This document shows, piece after piece, positions 6,062 to 14,350 of a stretch of DNA of 24,561 bases. Made by a program: the position numbers and the translations under genes. This DNA comes from Actinomycetota bacterium (GTDB lineage: Bacteria; Actinomycetota; CADDZG01; WHSQ01): the NCBI GenBank assembly GCA_034667565.1, contig JAXDJQ010000084.1, forward strand, positions 1-24,561, given 5' to 3'. The notes below the pieces were generated by a model, which saw nothing but the letters and a program-made list of their open reading frames with translations, made no database searches and was not told where the DNA came from. Positions within the stretch are counted from its first letter, which is position 1. Each line of letters starts with the position of its first letter.

Positions 6062-7542
6062 ATCAGGTTCGCGGCCTCCACGGCCCGGAACGCTGCCTCT
6101 ACCTTCCGCCTCGTCTCCAGCGCTTCTCCTTCCGGAGAAGAATCTGCAACCACCCCCGCCCCGGCTTGGACGTATGCCTTCCCCCCCGTTGCAACGATGG
6201 TGCGGATCGTGATGCACGCGTCGAGGTTCCCAGAGAAGTCGAAGTAGCCGACCACCCCCCCGTAGGGGCCACGCCGGGTGGTTTCCATCGAATCGATGAT
6301 CTCCATCGCTCGGACCTTGGGCGCGCCCGTCAAGGTACCGGCGGGGAACGATGCGGAGAACGCATCGAATGCGGTCATGCCCCCGCGCAGTCTTCCCGTC
6401 ACGTGCGACACGATGTGCATCACGTGTGAATAGCGTTCGACCACCATCAGTTCTTCCACCTCAACCGAGCCGTACTCCGCAACCCGACCTATGTCGTTGC
6501 GCGCCAGGTCAACCAACATCACGTGCTCTGCCCGTTCTTTCTCGTCCGACATGAATTCTTCTTCGATCGCCCGATCTTCGGCGTCCGTTGCGCCGCGTTC
6601 CCTTGTTCCTGCGATCGGACGCATCTCGATACGGTCACCAGTGACACGGATCTGTGACTCCGGTGACGACCCGGCTATCTCGAACGCCGGGTGTTCCTCC
6701 GTGCCGGCGAACCGGAAGAAATACATGTAGGGACTGGGGTTGAGGGTCCTCAGCACCCGATCGGCATCGAACGCGGATCCCTTCAACGGCGCTTCGAATC
6801 GACGTGACGGAACCACTTGGAACGCGTCGCCCGCATAGATGTGCTCGCGACAGCGCTCCACCCATCCTCCGTACGTCTCATCCGACACGGGTGACGAGTA
6901 GTCCGCAGGGTCACCCCTGTCGAGCGACCAAGACGCAGCAGAAAGGGGTGCGGAGAGCTGTTCGACCATCTCGTCGCACCGCCGGCAGGCTTCGTCGTAG
7001 GCCTCCGACGGGTCACCTGCGATGGGAACGTTCGTGATCACGAATGCTCGTTGCGTGAAGTGATCGAAGACGACGAACGTACGCGTCAACAGCAACACGA
7101 GATCCGGCAACCCGAGGGTGTCCTCGGGCGCGGCCGGGAGATGCTCCAGCTCGCGCACACAGTCGTAACCGATGTAGCCAACGGCCCCTCCATGGAGCGG
7201 CGGCAGACCATCGAGATCTGGGACCCGACAGGCATCGAGCAGCCGGCGCACATAGGCGAGGGGGGCCTCCCCCTCCGCCGGCTCTAGCGGCGGACTGCCT
7301 TCCGTCGAGACAAGACCATCTACCGCCTTGATGGTCGCGAACGAGTCGCCGCCCAGGAATGAGTACCGAGACCAACGCTCACCCCCTTCCACGCTCTCCA
7401 GGAGGAAAGCGTTCGGGGAGCCGGCGACCCTGAGGAATGCAGCGACGGGGGTCTGGACATCAGCCAGCACCTCACGCCACACGGGCACGACATTGTGGTC
7501 ACGCGCCAGCGAGATGAAAGCCTCTCTACCGGGCTTATGCAC
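6058..7542 (-). CDS. trpE: Anthranilate synthase component I
   Basis: FLLES and NPSPYM (Trp feedback motifs), GDAFQVVPS, GSSPE, RPIAGT, KERAEHVMLVDLARND, PAGTLTGAPK, YGGVVG and QAGAGVVADS. Confidence 0.95.
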   Translation of the reverse strand: MHKPGREAFISLARDHNVVPVWREVLADVQTPVAAFLRVAGSPNAFLLESVEGGERWSRYSFLGGDSFATIKAVDGLVSTEGSPPLEPAEGEAPLAYVRRLLDACRVPDLDGLPPLHGGAVGYIGYDCVRELEHLPAAPEDTLGLPDLVLLLTRTFVVFDHFTQRAFVITNVPIAGDPSEAYDEACRRCDEMVEQLSAPLSAASWSLDRGDPADYSSPVSDETYGGWVERCREHIYAGDAFQVVPSRRFEAPLKGSAFDADRVLRTLNPSPYMYFFRFAGTEEHPAFEIAGSSPESQIRVTGDRIEMRPIAGTRERGATDAEDRAIEEEFMSDEKERAEHVMLVDLARNDIGRVAEYGSVEVEELMVVERYSHVMHIVSHVTGRLRGGMTAFDAFSASFPAGTLTGAPKVRAMEIIDSMETTRRGPYGGVVGYFDFSGNLDACITIRTIVATGGKAYVQAGAGVVADSSPEGEALETRRKVEAAFRAVEAANLI

Positions 7543-7860
7543 CTACTCGAGGGTCCGGTAGAAGCAACTGCGCTCTCCCGTATGGCAGGCAGGTCCTTCG
7601 GGGTCCACCCGCATCAACAGCGCGTCTGCGTCGCAGTCGTAGCGCACCTCGACGACGTTCTGCATGTTGCCCGACGTCGCACCCTTGTTCCAGTACTCCT
7701 GCCGCGAACGGCTCCAGAACCAAGTCGTCTTCGTCTCGAGCGTGCGCTTGACCGCTTCTGCGTCGACCCAGGCAAGCATCAGTACCTCGCCCGTCTTTGC
7801 GTCTTGAACGATCGCCGGCGCTAGGCCACGATCATCGAACGTCAGGTCCTCAACCAGCAT
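7543..7860 (-). CDS. hisI: Phosphoribosyl-AMP cyclohydrolase (monofunctional)
   Basis: [46 protein letters not shown] and SCF. ATG 7860 lies just after the upstream stop and is preferred over the track's 7911. Confidence 0.95.
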   Translation of the reverse strand: MLVEDLTFDDRGLAPAIVQDAKTGEVLMLAWVDAEAVKRTLETKTTWFWSRSRQEYWNKGATSGNMQNVVEVRYDCDADALLMRVDPEGPACHTGERSCFYRTLE

Positions 7861-7861
7861 G

Positions 7862-9004
7862 CTAGGGAGCGAGATCGTACGGATATGGATCCGTGATGTG
7901 CTCGATCCCACTATCCGTTACGAGCACCGTGTCTTCGAGCCGAACGCCGCCGATGCCGCGAACGTACAGACCCGGTTCAACGGCGATCACGTCACCTTCT
8001 TGCAGCACGTCTGCCCTGCGCCCGAGATAGGGCCGTTCGTGGACCTCGAGTCCTACTCCGTGCCCCAAGGCATGTGGGAACCCTTCGGTTGCCGAGCCCC
8101 CACCGGTGTGGTGGATCTGGGTATCGAATCCTTGCGAATGGAAGTACTCGGAGACCTTCTCATGAGGGCCCGGTGCACCGGGCCTGATCGACTCGAAAGC
8201 CATGTCGAGAGCCGTGCGGACATGTTTGTGCAGACTCTGTAGGTCCTCCGAGGGCGTGCCCGAGACGAACGTCCTAGTCATGTCCGTGTAGACGCCGGTA
8301 CGGCGATCGCGCGGGAAGCAATCGATAACAACAGACTGATCAGGTGCGATCGGACCTGAGCCCAGTAGGTGCCCAGCGAGACAAGCGTCACCAGACTGAA
8401 CGATGATCTCCTCGCTCTCGGCCCCCTGTGACAAGAGCTCCGCGATCATCCCTTCCCGGATCCACTCAGACGTCAGGATCTCGCCCTCGTACCGCAGACG
8501 GTTGTTACTCATCGGTTCTGCATCACGCAGCATCCTGGCCGCCGCCCGGAAAGCCATCTCAACGGCGCGCTGGGCGCGCTCGAGTCCTTCGATCTCCCAC
8601 GGGGTCTTGCGGCGCCTTCGCTCGATCCACACTTGATCGTCGATCGTCACCTCGATGCCATTCGCCCGCAGGTGATCCCCGCTCCGAAGCTGGAAGGTCG
8701 CCGGAACGACGACCGAGGAGACCTCTAGTTTCTGCAGGGCACGGAGCACCAGCTCGGTGTTGATGAGGTCGCGAGGAAAAGCTTCGTCCTTGATGAGGTC
8801 TTCGGACCCGAGGGCTGAGAAGGTCCAGTACTCGTCGACGACGTCTTCGCGCGATTCGAATGTGGCCGCCTCGAGATCGCTGCCGACGAGGATGCGCTTC
8901 CCATCCTTCTCGATGAACGCGATCGGGTCCGCTACGGGTTCACCGATCTCGTGCCTAAGTTCATAGCTGCGAAGGGAGGTGTCGTGCAAGAGATAGGTAG
9001 TCAT
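7862..9004 (-). CDS. M24 family Xaa-Pro aminopeptidase/dipeptidase
   Basis: Metal-binding motifs [33 protein letters not shown] and GVRLED; ATGA overlap with hisF. Confidence 0.9.
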   Translation of the reverse strand: MTTYLLHDTSLRSYELRHEIGEPVADPIAFIEKDGKRILVGSDLEAATFESREDVVDEYWTFSALGSEDLIKDEAFPRDLINTELVLRALQKLEVSSVVVPATFQLRSGDHLRANGIEVTIDDQVWIERRRRKTPWEIEGLERAQRAVEMAFRAAARMLRDAEPMSNNRLRYEGEILTSEWIREGMIAELLSQGAESEEIIVQSGDACLAGHLLGSGPIAPDQSVVIDCFPRDRRTGVYTDMTRTFVSGTPSEDLQSLHKHVRTALDMAFESIRPGAPGPHEKVSEYFHSQGFDTQIHHTGGGSATEGFPHALGHGVGLEVHERPYLGRRADVLQEGDVIAVEPGLYVRGIGGVRLEDTVLVTDSGIEHITDPYPYDLAP

Positions 9005-9786
9005 GAGTGAGGAATCCTAACGGGGAGGCCACGCGCGGCCATCGCGCGCTTTACCTCTGTTACCGAGAATCGGCCGAAGTGAAACACCGATGCTGCAAGT
9101 GCGGCCTCAGCACCACCGATATCGGGATCAACGGCGTCGGCGAGGTCATCCGGCTTCCCCGCTCCTCCCGAGGCGATGACTGGAACCGGGACGGCATCCG
9201 AAACTGCTCTCGTCAATCCGATGTCGTACCCGTCCGTCGTTCCGTCTCGATCCATCGACGTCAACAGGATCTCGCCCGCACCAAGCTCACTCACCATCTT
9301 TGCCCAGCGCACCACATCCATCCCGGTCGGAACACGACCCCCCTCCACGAATACCTCCCAGGACAACTCTCCGCACGAGATCTCGCGCCTGCGCGCGTCG
9401 ATCGCGACGACTATCGCTTGGGAGCCGAACTCGCTGGCCGCGTTGCGGACGAGACGCGGGTTGGCGACCGCAGCGGTGTTCATCGCTACCTTGTCGGCGC
9501 CCGCGCGCAGCAGTCGCTTCACATCTTCGACGGATCTCACTCCGCCCCCGATGGTCAACGGGATGAATACGGTTTCCGCGGTTCGAGCCGCGACATCCAG
9601 GATGATGTCGCGGTCTTCATGGGATGCAGTGATGTCGAGGAATACCAACTCATCGGCGCCCTCATCGTTGTAGCGAGCAGCGAGCTCTACGGGATCGCCC
9701 GCGTCCTTGATGTCGACGAAGCGAACCCCCTTCACGACGCGACCCTTGTCTACATCGAGACAGGGAACAACACGTTTAGCGAGCAT
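9001..9786 (-). CDS. hisF: Imidazole glycerol phosphate synthase cyclase subunit
   Basis: [53 protein letters not shown] and AASVFH. Confidence 0.97.
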   Translation of the reverse strand: MLAKRVVPCLDVDKGRVVKGVRFVDIKDAGDPVELAARYNDEGADELVFLDITASHEDRDIILDVAARTAETVFIPLTIGGGVRSVEDVKRLLRAGADKVAMNTAAVANPRLVRNAASEFGSQAIVVAIDARRREISCGELSWEVFVEGGRVPTGMDVVRWAKMVSELGAGEILLTSMDRDGTTDGYDIGLTRAVSDAVPVPVIASGGAGKPDDLADAVDPDIGGAEAALAASVFHFGRFSVTEVKRAMAARGLPVRIPHS

Positions 9787-10538
9787 CAGTCAGAGCGCGT
9801 GGTCCGAAGATCGTCGATCGCTATGTTCGCCTCACGAACCGTGAGCTTCCCCTCGTAGAGGGCCCGGCCGACGATCACTCCTTGCACCCCGTCATTGCGC
9901 AGCCGCGCGACGGATCTAACGTCTTCCAGCGAGGCGACACCCCCGGATGCGATCACCGGCACGTCGGTCAGTTCGGTTACGCGTTGCAGACCATCGAGAT
10001 CGGGGCCCGTCATCGCCCCATCGCGCGACACATCCGTGTAGATGAAGACCGAGACACCCGCGGCCTCGAACGCCTTGACCGCGTCCTCCACAGGAACCCC
10101 CGTCCCAACCGTCCAACCGTGGGTCGCCAGTTCTCCCGAGCGCGCATCGAGAGAGACCGCTATGCGCTCTCCGTAGCGTTTGCACGCCCGCGCCATCTCT
10201 TCCGGGTCCTCCAACGCGATGGTGCCCAGCACGGCGCGGTTGGCTCCCGCTGCGATGACCTCTTCGACATCATCGAGGGAGCGAAGACCGCCTCCCGCTT
10301 GCACCGGGCACGAAGCCCGACGGACGACCTCGAGGACAAGCTCTCGGTTGGCGGAGATGCCGGTCTTGGCGCCGTCGAGATCGACGATGTGCAGCCAGCG
10401 GGCACCGGCGGAAGCAAGTCCGAGGGCGACCTTCACGGGATCGTCCGAATAGACGGTCTCGCTTCCGAACCGCCCCTGCAACAAGCGCACACAGCGGCCT
10501 TCGGAGATGTCCACTGCGGGATAGACGACGAAATTCAC
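9786..10538 (-). CDS. hisA: ProFAR isomerase (HisA/PriA family)
   Basis: [48 protein letters not shown] and GRALYEG. Confidence 0.95.
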   Translation of the reverse strand: MNFVVYPAVDISEGRCVRLLQGRFGSETVYSDDPVKVALGLASAGARWLHIVDLDGAKTGISANRELVLEVVRRASCPVQAGGGLRSLDDVEEVIAAGANRAVLGTIALEDPEEMARACKRYGERIAVSLDARSGELATHGWTVGTGVPVEDAVKAFEAAGVSVFIYTDVSRDGAMTGPDLDGLQRVTELTDVPVIASGGVASLEDVRSVARLRNDGVQGVIVGRALYEGKLTVREANIAIDDLRTTRSD

Positions 10539-10571
10539 AGGCTATTCACGAACTGCTCACTAACTGCTCAC
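10528..10571 (-). repeat. Four 11-nt units each beginning GTGA (GTGAGCAGTTA, GTGAGCAGTTC, GTGAATAGCCT, GTGAATTTCGT)
   Basis: Read directly from the sequence. Unit 1 holds the hisH stop and unit 4 the hisA start; units 1 and 2 share 10 of 11 nt. Confidence 0.8.
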
Positions 10572-11134
10572 GACCTGACCCAGCCTTCTAGTAATGCGAG
10601 GCCGGCGGCCGCGCTTTTCTCCGGGTGGAACTGAACACCCAGGATAGGGCCCGTTTCGATGCGGGCGGCGAAGCGTTCACCGTGTTCGCACCAACCCGTG
10701 ACTATCGCGGGGTCGACCGGGTGAACCGCATAGGAGTGGTCGAAGTAGTAGTGCTCCGTGTTCACCTCGTTCCACCCGATATGAGGGATCGTGACGATGT
10801 CGGGGAGCTTGGTGACCGCGCCGCTCAGTAGGCCAAGACCGGGAACCGGTCCGTTCTCTTCGCTCGACTCGAACAGGACCTGCATTCCGAGGCAGATCCC
10901 GAGGTAGGGGCGGCCGTCGGCTATCCAGGCCGAGATGACCTCGTCCAGTCCCGACGACTTGAGGTTGGTGGCGCATCTACCGAAGACCCCCTGGCCCGGT
11001 ACGCAGAGCTTGTCGGCTCTCTCGATGCTCGTGGGTTCCATCGTCACATCGGCGACAGCTCCGACTGCTTCCAGGCTCTTTGCGACACTCCGCAGGTTCC
11101 CCATGCCGTGGTCGAGCACCGCGACCCGGGTCAG
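10568..11134 (-). CDS. hisH: Imidazole glycerol phosphate synthase glutamine amidotransferase subunit; probable CTG start (alternative GTG 11119)
   Basis: GMGNL, GICLGMQ (catalytic Cys), PHIGWN, HSY and QFHPEKS (His-Glu). A CTG start restores MTRVAVLDHGMGN. Confidence 0.93.
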   Translation of the reverse strand: MTRVAVLDHGMGNLRSVAKSLEAVGAVADVTMEPTSIERADKLCVPGQGVFGRCATNLKSSGLDEVISAWIADGRPYLGICLGMQVLFESSEENGPVPGLGLLSGAVTKLPDIVTIPHIGWNEVNTEHYYFDHSYAVHPVDPAIVTGWCEHGERFAARIETGPILGVQFHPEKSAAAGLALLEGWVRS

Positions 11135-11721
11135 AGCGACCCCTTCGTTGACGGGATCGAGTCCGGGGCACGGGGATCGATCGCGACTGCGATCGAAAGA
11201 GCCCGGGCGAGCGCTTTGAATATCGCTTCGACGGCATGGTGTGCGTTGCGTCCATAGAGAAGCCGGACGTGCAACGTCAGACCTGCAGCACGGGCAACCG
11301 CCTGCAGGAACTCCTCAGTGAGTCCGACGTCGAACTGGCCGATCGCCTCCGCCGCGATCTGGGCGTCGTAGACGAGCAGGGGGCGCCCGGAGATGTCGAC
11401 GGCCACCTGAGCCAGACACTCCTCCATCGGGACGGTCGCGTCCCCATAGCGCGTGATGCCGGTCTTGTCCCCCAAGGCTGCGCTGAGGGCCTCTCCCAGC
11501 GCGATGCCGACGTCTTCGACCGTGTGATGCGCATCGATCTGGAGGTCACCGGTTGCCTCGATATCTAGGCCTAGCCGCCCATGTCGCCCGAGTTGATCGA
11601 GCATGTGATCGAAGAAGGGCACACCCGTTCGGACACTGACGGTCCCCCCATCGAGGTCCACGGCGACGCGGATGTCGGTCTCGTTCGTCTTCCGTTCGAT
11701 CACGGCCTTGCGTTCAGACAC
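11131..11721 (-). CDS. hisB: Imidazoleglycerol-phosphate dehydratase (monofunctional)
   Basis: RKTNETDI, FFDHML, DAHHTVED, PMEE, DISGRP and NAHHAVEAIFKA. Confidence 0.97.
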   Translation of the reverse strand: MSERKAVIERKTNETDIRVAVDLDGGTVSVRTGVPFFDHMLDQLGRHGRLGLDIEATGDLQIDAHHTVEDVGIALGEALSAALGDKTGITRYGDATVPMEECLAQVAVDISGRPLLVYDAQIAAEAIGQFDVGLTEEFLQAVARAAGLTLHVRLLYGRNAHHAVEAIFKALARALSIAVAIDPRAPDSIPSTKGSL

Positions 11722-12784
11722 CCAGCACGTCCTTCATCGCAGTGACGAATGCGTCCGTTTCCTCCGGGAGCCCTGCGGTTACGCGGAGGCAGCGCTCGAG
11801 CCCAGGAACCCCAGGGTAGCTACGGATCAGCACGCCGCGGGTGAGAAGCTCGTGCCACACCTGCTCTGACTCATCGACCTCGAACAGGATGAAGTTGGCG
11901 CTCGATGGAAAGACCTTCACCCCGAGTGCTACGAGCTCCGCAGAGATGCGATCCCTTTCGGTGGCGATGGATCGCACCAACTCGAGTGTCTCGGTCGCGT
12001 GCTCTATCGCGGCAACCCCGATCAGCTGGGTGATAGCCGAGAGGTGGTACGGGAGCCGCACTCGCGCCAGCTCCGAGATCAGGACCGGCGCAGCCAACAT
12101 GTAACCGATCCGCACTCCGGCTAGGCGCCACGCCTTGGAGAAGGTCTTCGTGATCGCAAGGTTCGGATGTGTGCCCAACAAAGCACGGGCGCTGTGCTCG
12201 TGTTGATCGAACTCCCCATAGGCCTCGTCGACAATTACGAGCCCAGGAGCTACCTCGAGCAAAGCTTCGATCGTCCCGACACCCTCACAACCGCCGGTCG
12301 GGTTGTTCGGCGAACAGACGATGACGACATCAGGCTGTTCGGTGCGGATCGACTCCAGCGCAACATCGAGGTCTATGTGGAAGTCACCGTCGCGCTGCAG
12401 CTGGATCGTGCGCGTTCCCGAGATGCGCGGGATCAATGTGTGCAGCGAGTAGGTGGGCTCGAACGTCATGGAGGACCTCTGGGGACCTCCGAACGCCAGG
12501 AAGAGGTGCATGAACACCTCGTTCGAACCGTTCGCAACCCAGAGACCCTCGCGCGGCCAGTCGTTGTGTGTCGAGATGGCCGCAAAGAGATCGACGGCGT
12601 CACGATCAGGGTAGCGATTGAGAGCCACCGCCTCGATCCCACTAGCGACCTCGTCGATCAGCGCCTGAGGAGGTGCGTACGGTGCCTCGTTGGAATTCAT
12701 GCGATACCGGGCCGGATGCTGTGGCGACACATACGGCGCGATGTCCGCGAGATCCGATCTGACGGTCAGCGGCGCCTCGTTCAT
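11714..12784 (-). CDS. hisC: Histidinol-phosphate aminotransferase
   Basis: NRYPD, NGSNE, SPNNPTG, VDEAYGEF and KTFSKAWRLAGVRIG (PLP Lys). Confidence 0.96.
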   Translation of the reverse strand: MNEAPLTVRSDLADIAPYVSPQHPARYRMNSNEAPYAPPQALIDEVASGIEAVALNRYPDRDAVDLFAAISTHNDWPREGLWVANGSNEVFMHLFLAFGGPQRSSMTFEPTYSLHTLIPRISGTRTIQLQRDGDFHIDLDVALESIRTEQPDVVIVCSPNNPTGGCEGVGTIEALLEVAPGLVIVDEAYGEFDQHEHSARALLGTHPNLAITKTFSKAWRLAGVRIGYMLAAPVLISELARVRLPYHLSAITQLIGVAAIEHATETLELVRSIATERDRISAELVALGVKVFPSSANFILFEVDESEQVWHELLTRGVLIRSYPGVPGLERCLRVTAGLPEETDAFVTAMKDVLGV

Positions 12785-14067
12785 CTCTCGAGCCTCCGAG
12801 AGACGGCCCGAGCGTGACCGAACAATCCCTCGGCTTCTGCAAGAACTTCGACATGAGGCGACATCCGTTCGAGAGCCGACTCGTCGAGCATCGACACATA
12901 GATCCGTTTGAGGAAATCGTTCACTCCGAGTCCCGATTCGAAGCGCGCGCTCCCTCCACTAGGCAGCACATGGTTCGTGCCTCCGACGTAGTCACCAACC
13001 GGTACGGGCGTGAACGGCCCAACGAAAACCGAGCCAGCGTTACGTACCAGCTCGAGTGAATCCCAAGCCCCCTCGAAGTTGAGCTGCAGATGCTCCGGGG
13101 CGAAGAGATTCGATGTCTCGAAAGCGTGTTTCTGATCTCGAACCAGGACCGCACGTCCTCCCTCTATCAAGGTGTTCTCGAGCTCCTCGGGGCGCTCGTG
13201 GCGTGCCACCTCGATCTCGAGCAGAGCCATCACGCGTTCCGCAACCTCCGGCTGCCACGTGATCAGGGCGTGCGTTCCGAGGGGGCCGTGTTCCGCCTGG
13301 GCAACGATGTCGGCAGCAAGGACATCTGCCGATGCGGTGTCGTCGGCGATGATCGCGATCTCGGTCGGGCCGGCTTCCGAATCGGTACCGACCCAACCTC
13401 GCACCTGCCGTTTCGCCAAGGTCACATAGATGTTGCCGGGTCCCACGATCTTGTCGACGGGCCTTACGGTCGTTGTCCCATAGGCGAGGGCCGCGATCGC
13501 CTGCGCTCCCCCCACCCGATAGACCTCGGACACCCCCGCGACCGAACAAGCGGCAAGCACCGCTTCCGATACCTCACCCCGACCGTCCGGCGGTGACGCA
13601 ACTGCGACCTGTCCCACCCCTGCTACTTGCGCGGGTATGGAAGCCATGATCACCGTCGATGGGTAGGACGCCCGCCCCCCAGGGACATACACCCCGACCC
13701 GCCGCAACGGACGGATCAGTTCCCCGATGACCTCGTCACCGGTAGATCGGTCGAACCATTCCTCCGGCATCTGCTGCTCGCAGGTGCGGCGCAGTCGCTC
13801 TGCCATCACTTCAAGGGCGTCGATCAATTCGGGTCGCACCAAAGACCGCGCCCTAGAGATCACGTCTTCCGGAACTCGGATCTCTTCCGGCGTCAAGCGG
13901 GGGCCATCGAACTTGGCCGTCAGCTCGATCAGAGCGTCGTCTCCCCGCATCCGCACTTCATCCACGATCCCACTGACGATCTCAGAAGGATCAACAGCGG
14001 TGATCGCCCGGGGACGAGGGATGTGGACGGGAGTCGATTGCTCCCGCCCGTCGATCAGCTCCAGCAT
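12781..14067 (-). CDS. hisD: Histidinol dehydrogenase
   Basis: YVPGG, GGAQAIAALAYG, GPGNIYV, AGPTE, QAEH, APEHL and GDYVGGTNHVLP. Confidence 0.97.
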   Translation of the reverse strand: MLELIDGREQSTPVHIPRPRAITAVDPSEIVSGIVDEVRMRGDDALIELTAKFDGPRLTPEEIRVPEDVISRARSLVRPELIDALEVMAERLRRTCEQQMPEEWFDRSTGDEVIGELIRPLRRVGVYVPGGRASYPSTVIMASIPAQVAGVGQVAVASPPDGRGEVSEAVLAACSVAGVSEVYRVGGAQAIAALAYGTTTVRPVDKIVGPGNIYVTLAKRQVRGWVGTDSEAGPTEIAIIADDTASADVLAADIVAQAEHGPLGTHALITWQPEVAERVMALLEIEVARHERPEELENTLIEGGRAVLVRDQKHAFETSNLFAPEHLQLNFEGAWDSLELVRNAGSVFVGPFTPVPVGDYVGGTNHVLPSGGSARFESGLGVNDFLKRIYVSMLDESALERMSPHVEVLAEAEGLFGHARAVSRRLER

Positions 14068-14073
14068 CCAGGA

Positions 14074-14079
14074 AGGTTA
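14074..14079 (-). promoter_or_regulatory. Putative -10 (TAACCT) for a leaderless his operon transcript
   Basis: TAnnnT exactly 6 nt before the hisD ATG; no SD. Confidence 0.55.
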
Positions 14080-14084
14080 GTTGC

Positions 14085-14318
14085 TCAGTCGACGAACCAG
14101 TTGTGCTGACACTGCCGGCACACGATCATCCCGACCTGGATGCGCAGGCGAGTCGACCCACACCGAGGGCACGTGTCCAACTCGGAAGTCCACGACGCAT
14201 GCTCCTGCTGACATTCGGGACACACGAGGATCTGCTCCCCCTGCCGCACCGCGACAGCCCACGGCGAGGCCCCCTTTACGGGATCGGTCTGGGTCTTGTT
14301 GCATCGGTAGCACGGCAC
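14085..14318 (-). CDS. Small hypothetical protein with four CxxC pairs (double zinc ribbon, 77 aa)
   Basis: MPCYRCNKTQTDPVKGASPW...LVCPECQ...CPRCGSTRLRIQVGMIVCRQCQHNW. It is the C-terminal part of track ORF 14085..14882, whose upstream part overlaps dnaE. CAAGAT lies 6 nt before GTG 14318, and the gene fills the dnaE-hisD gap. Confidence 0.8.
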   Translation of the reverse strand: MPCYRCNKTQTDPVKGASPWAVAVRQGEQILVCPECQQEHASWTSELDTCPRCGSTRLRIQVGMIVCRQCQHNWFVD

Positions 14319-14350
14319 GATCGCATCTTGACCGAATGAGCTCCGGCCGG

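Noticed and set aside
7543-7560. Trp leader peptide or attenuator upstream of trpE
   Set aside because: The hisI stop directly abuts the trpE GTG, leaving no space for Trp codons or a leader.
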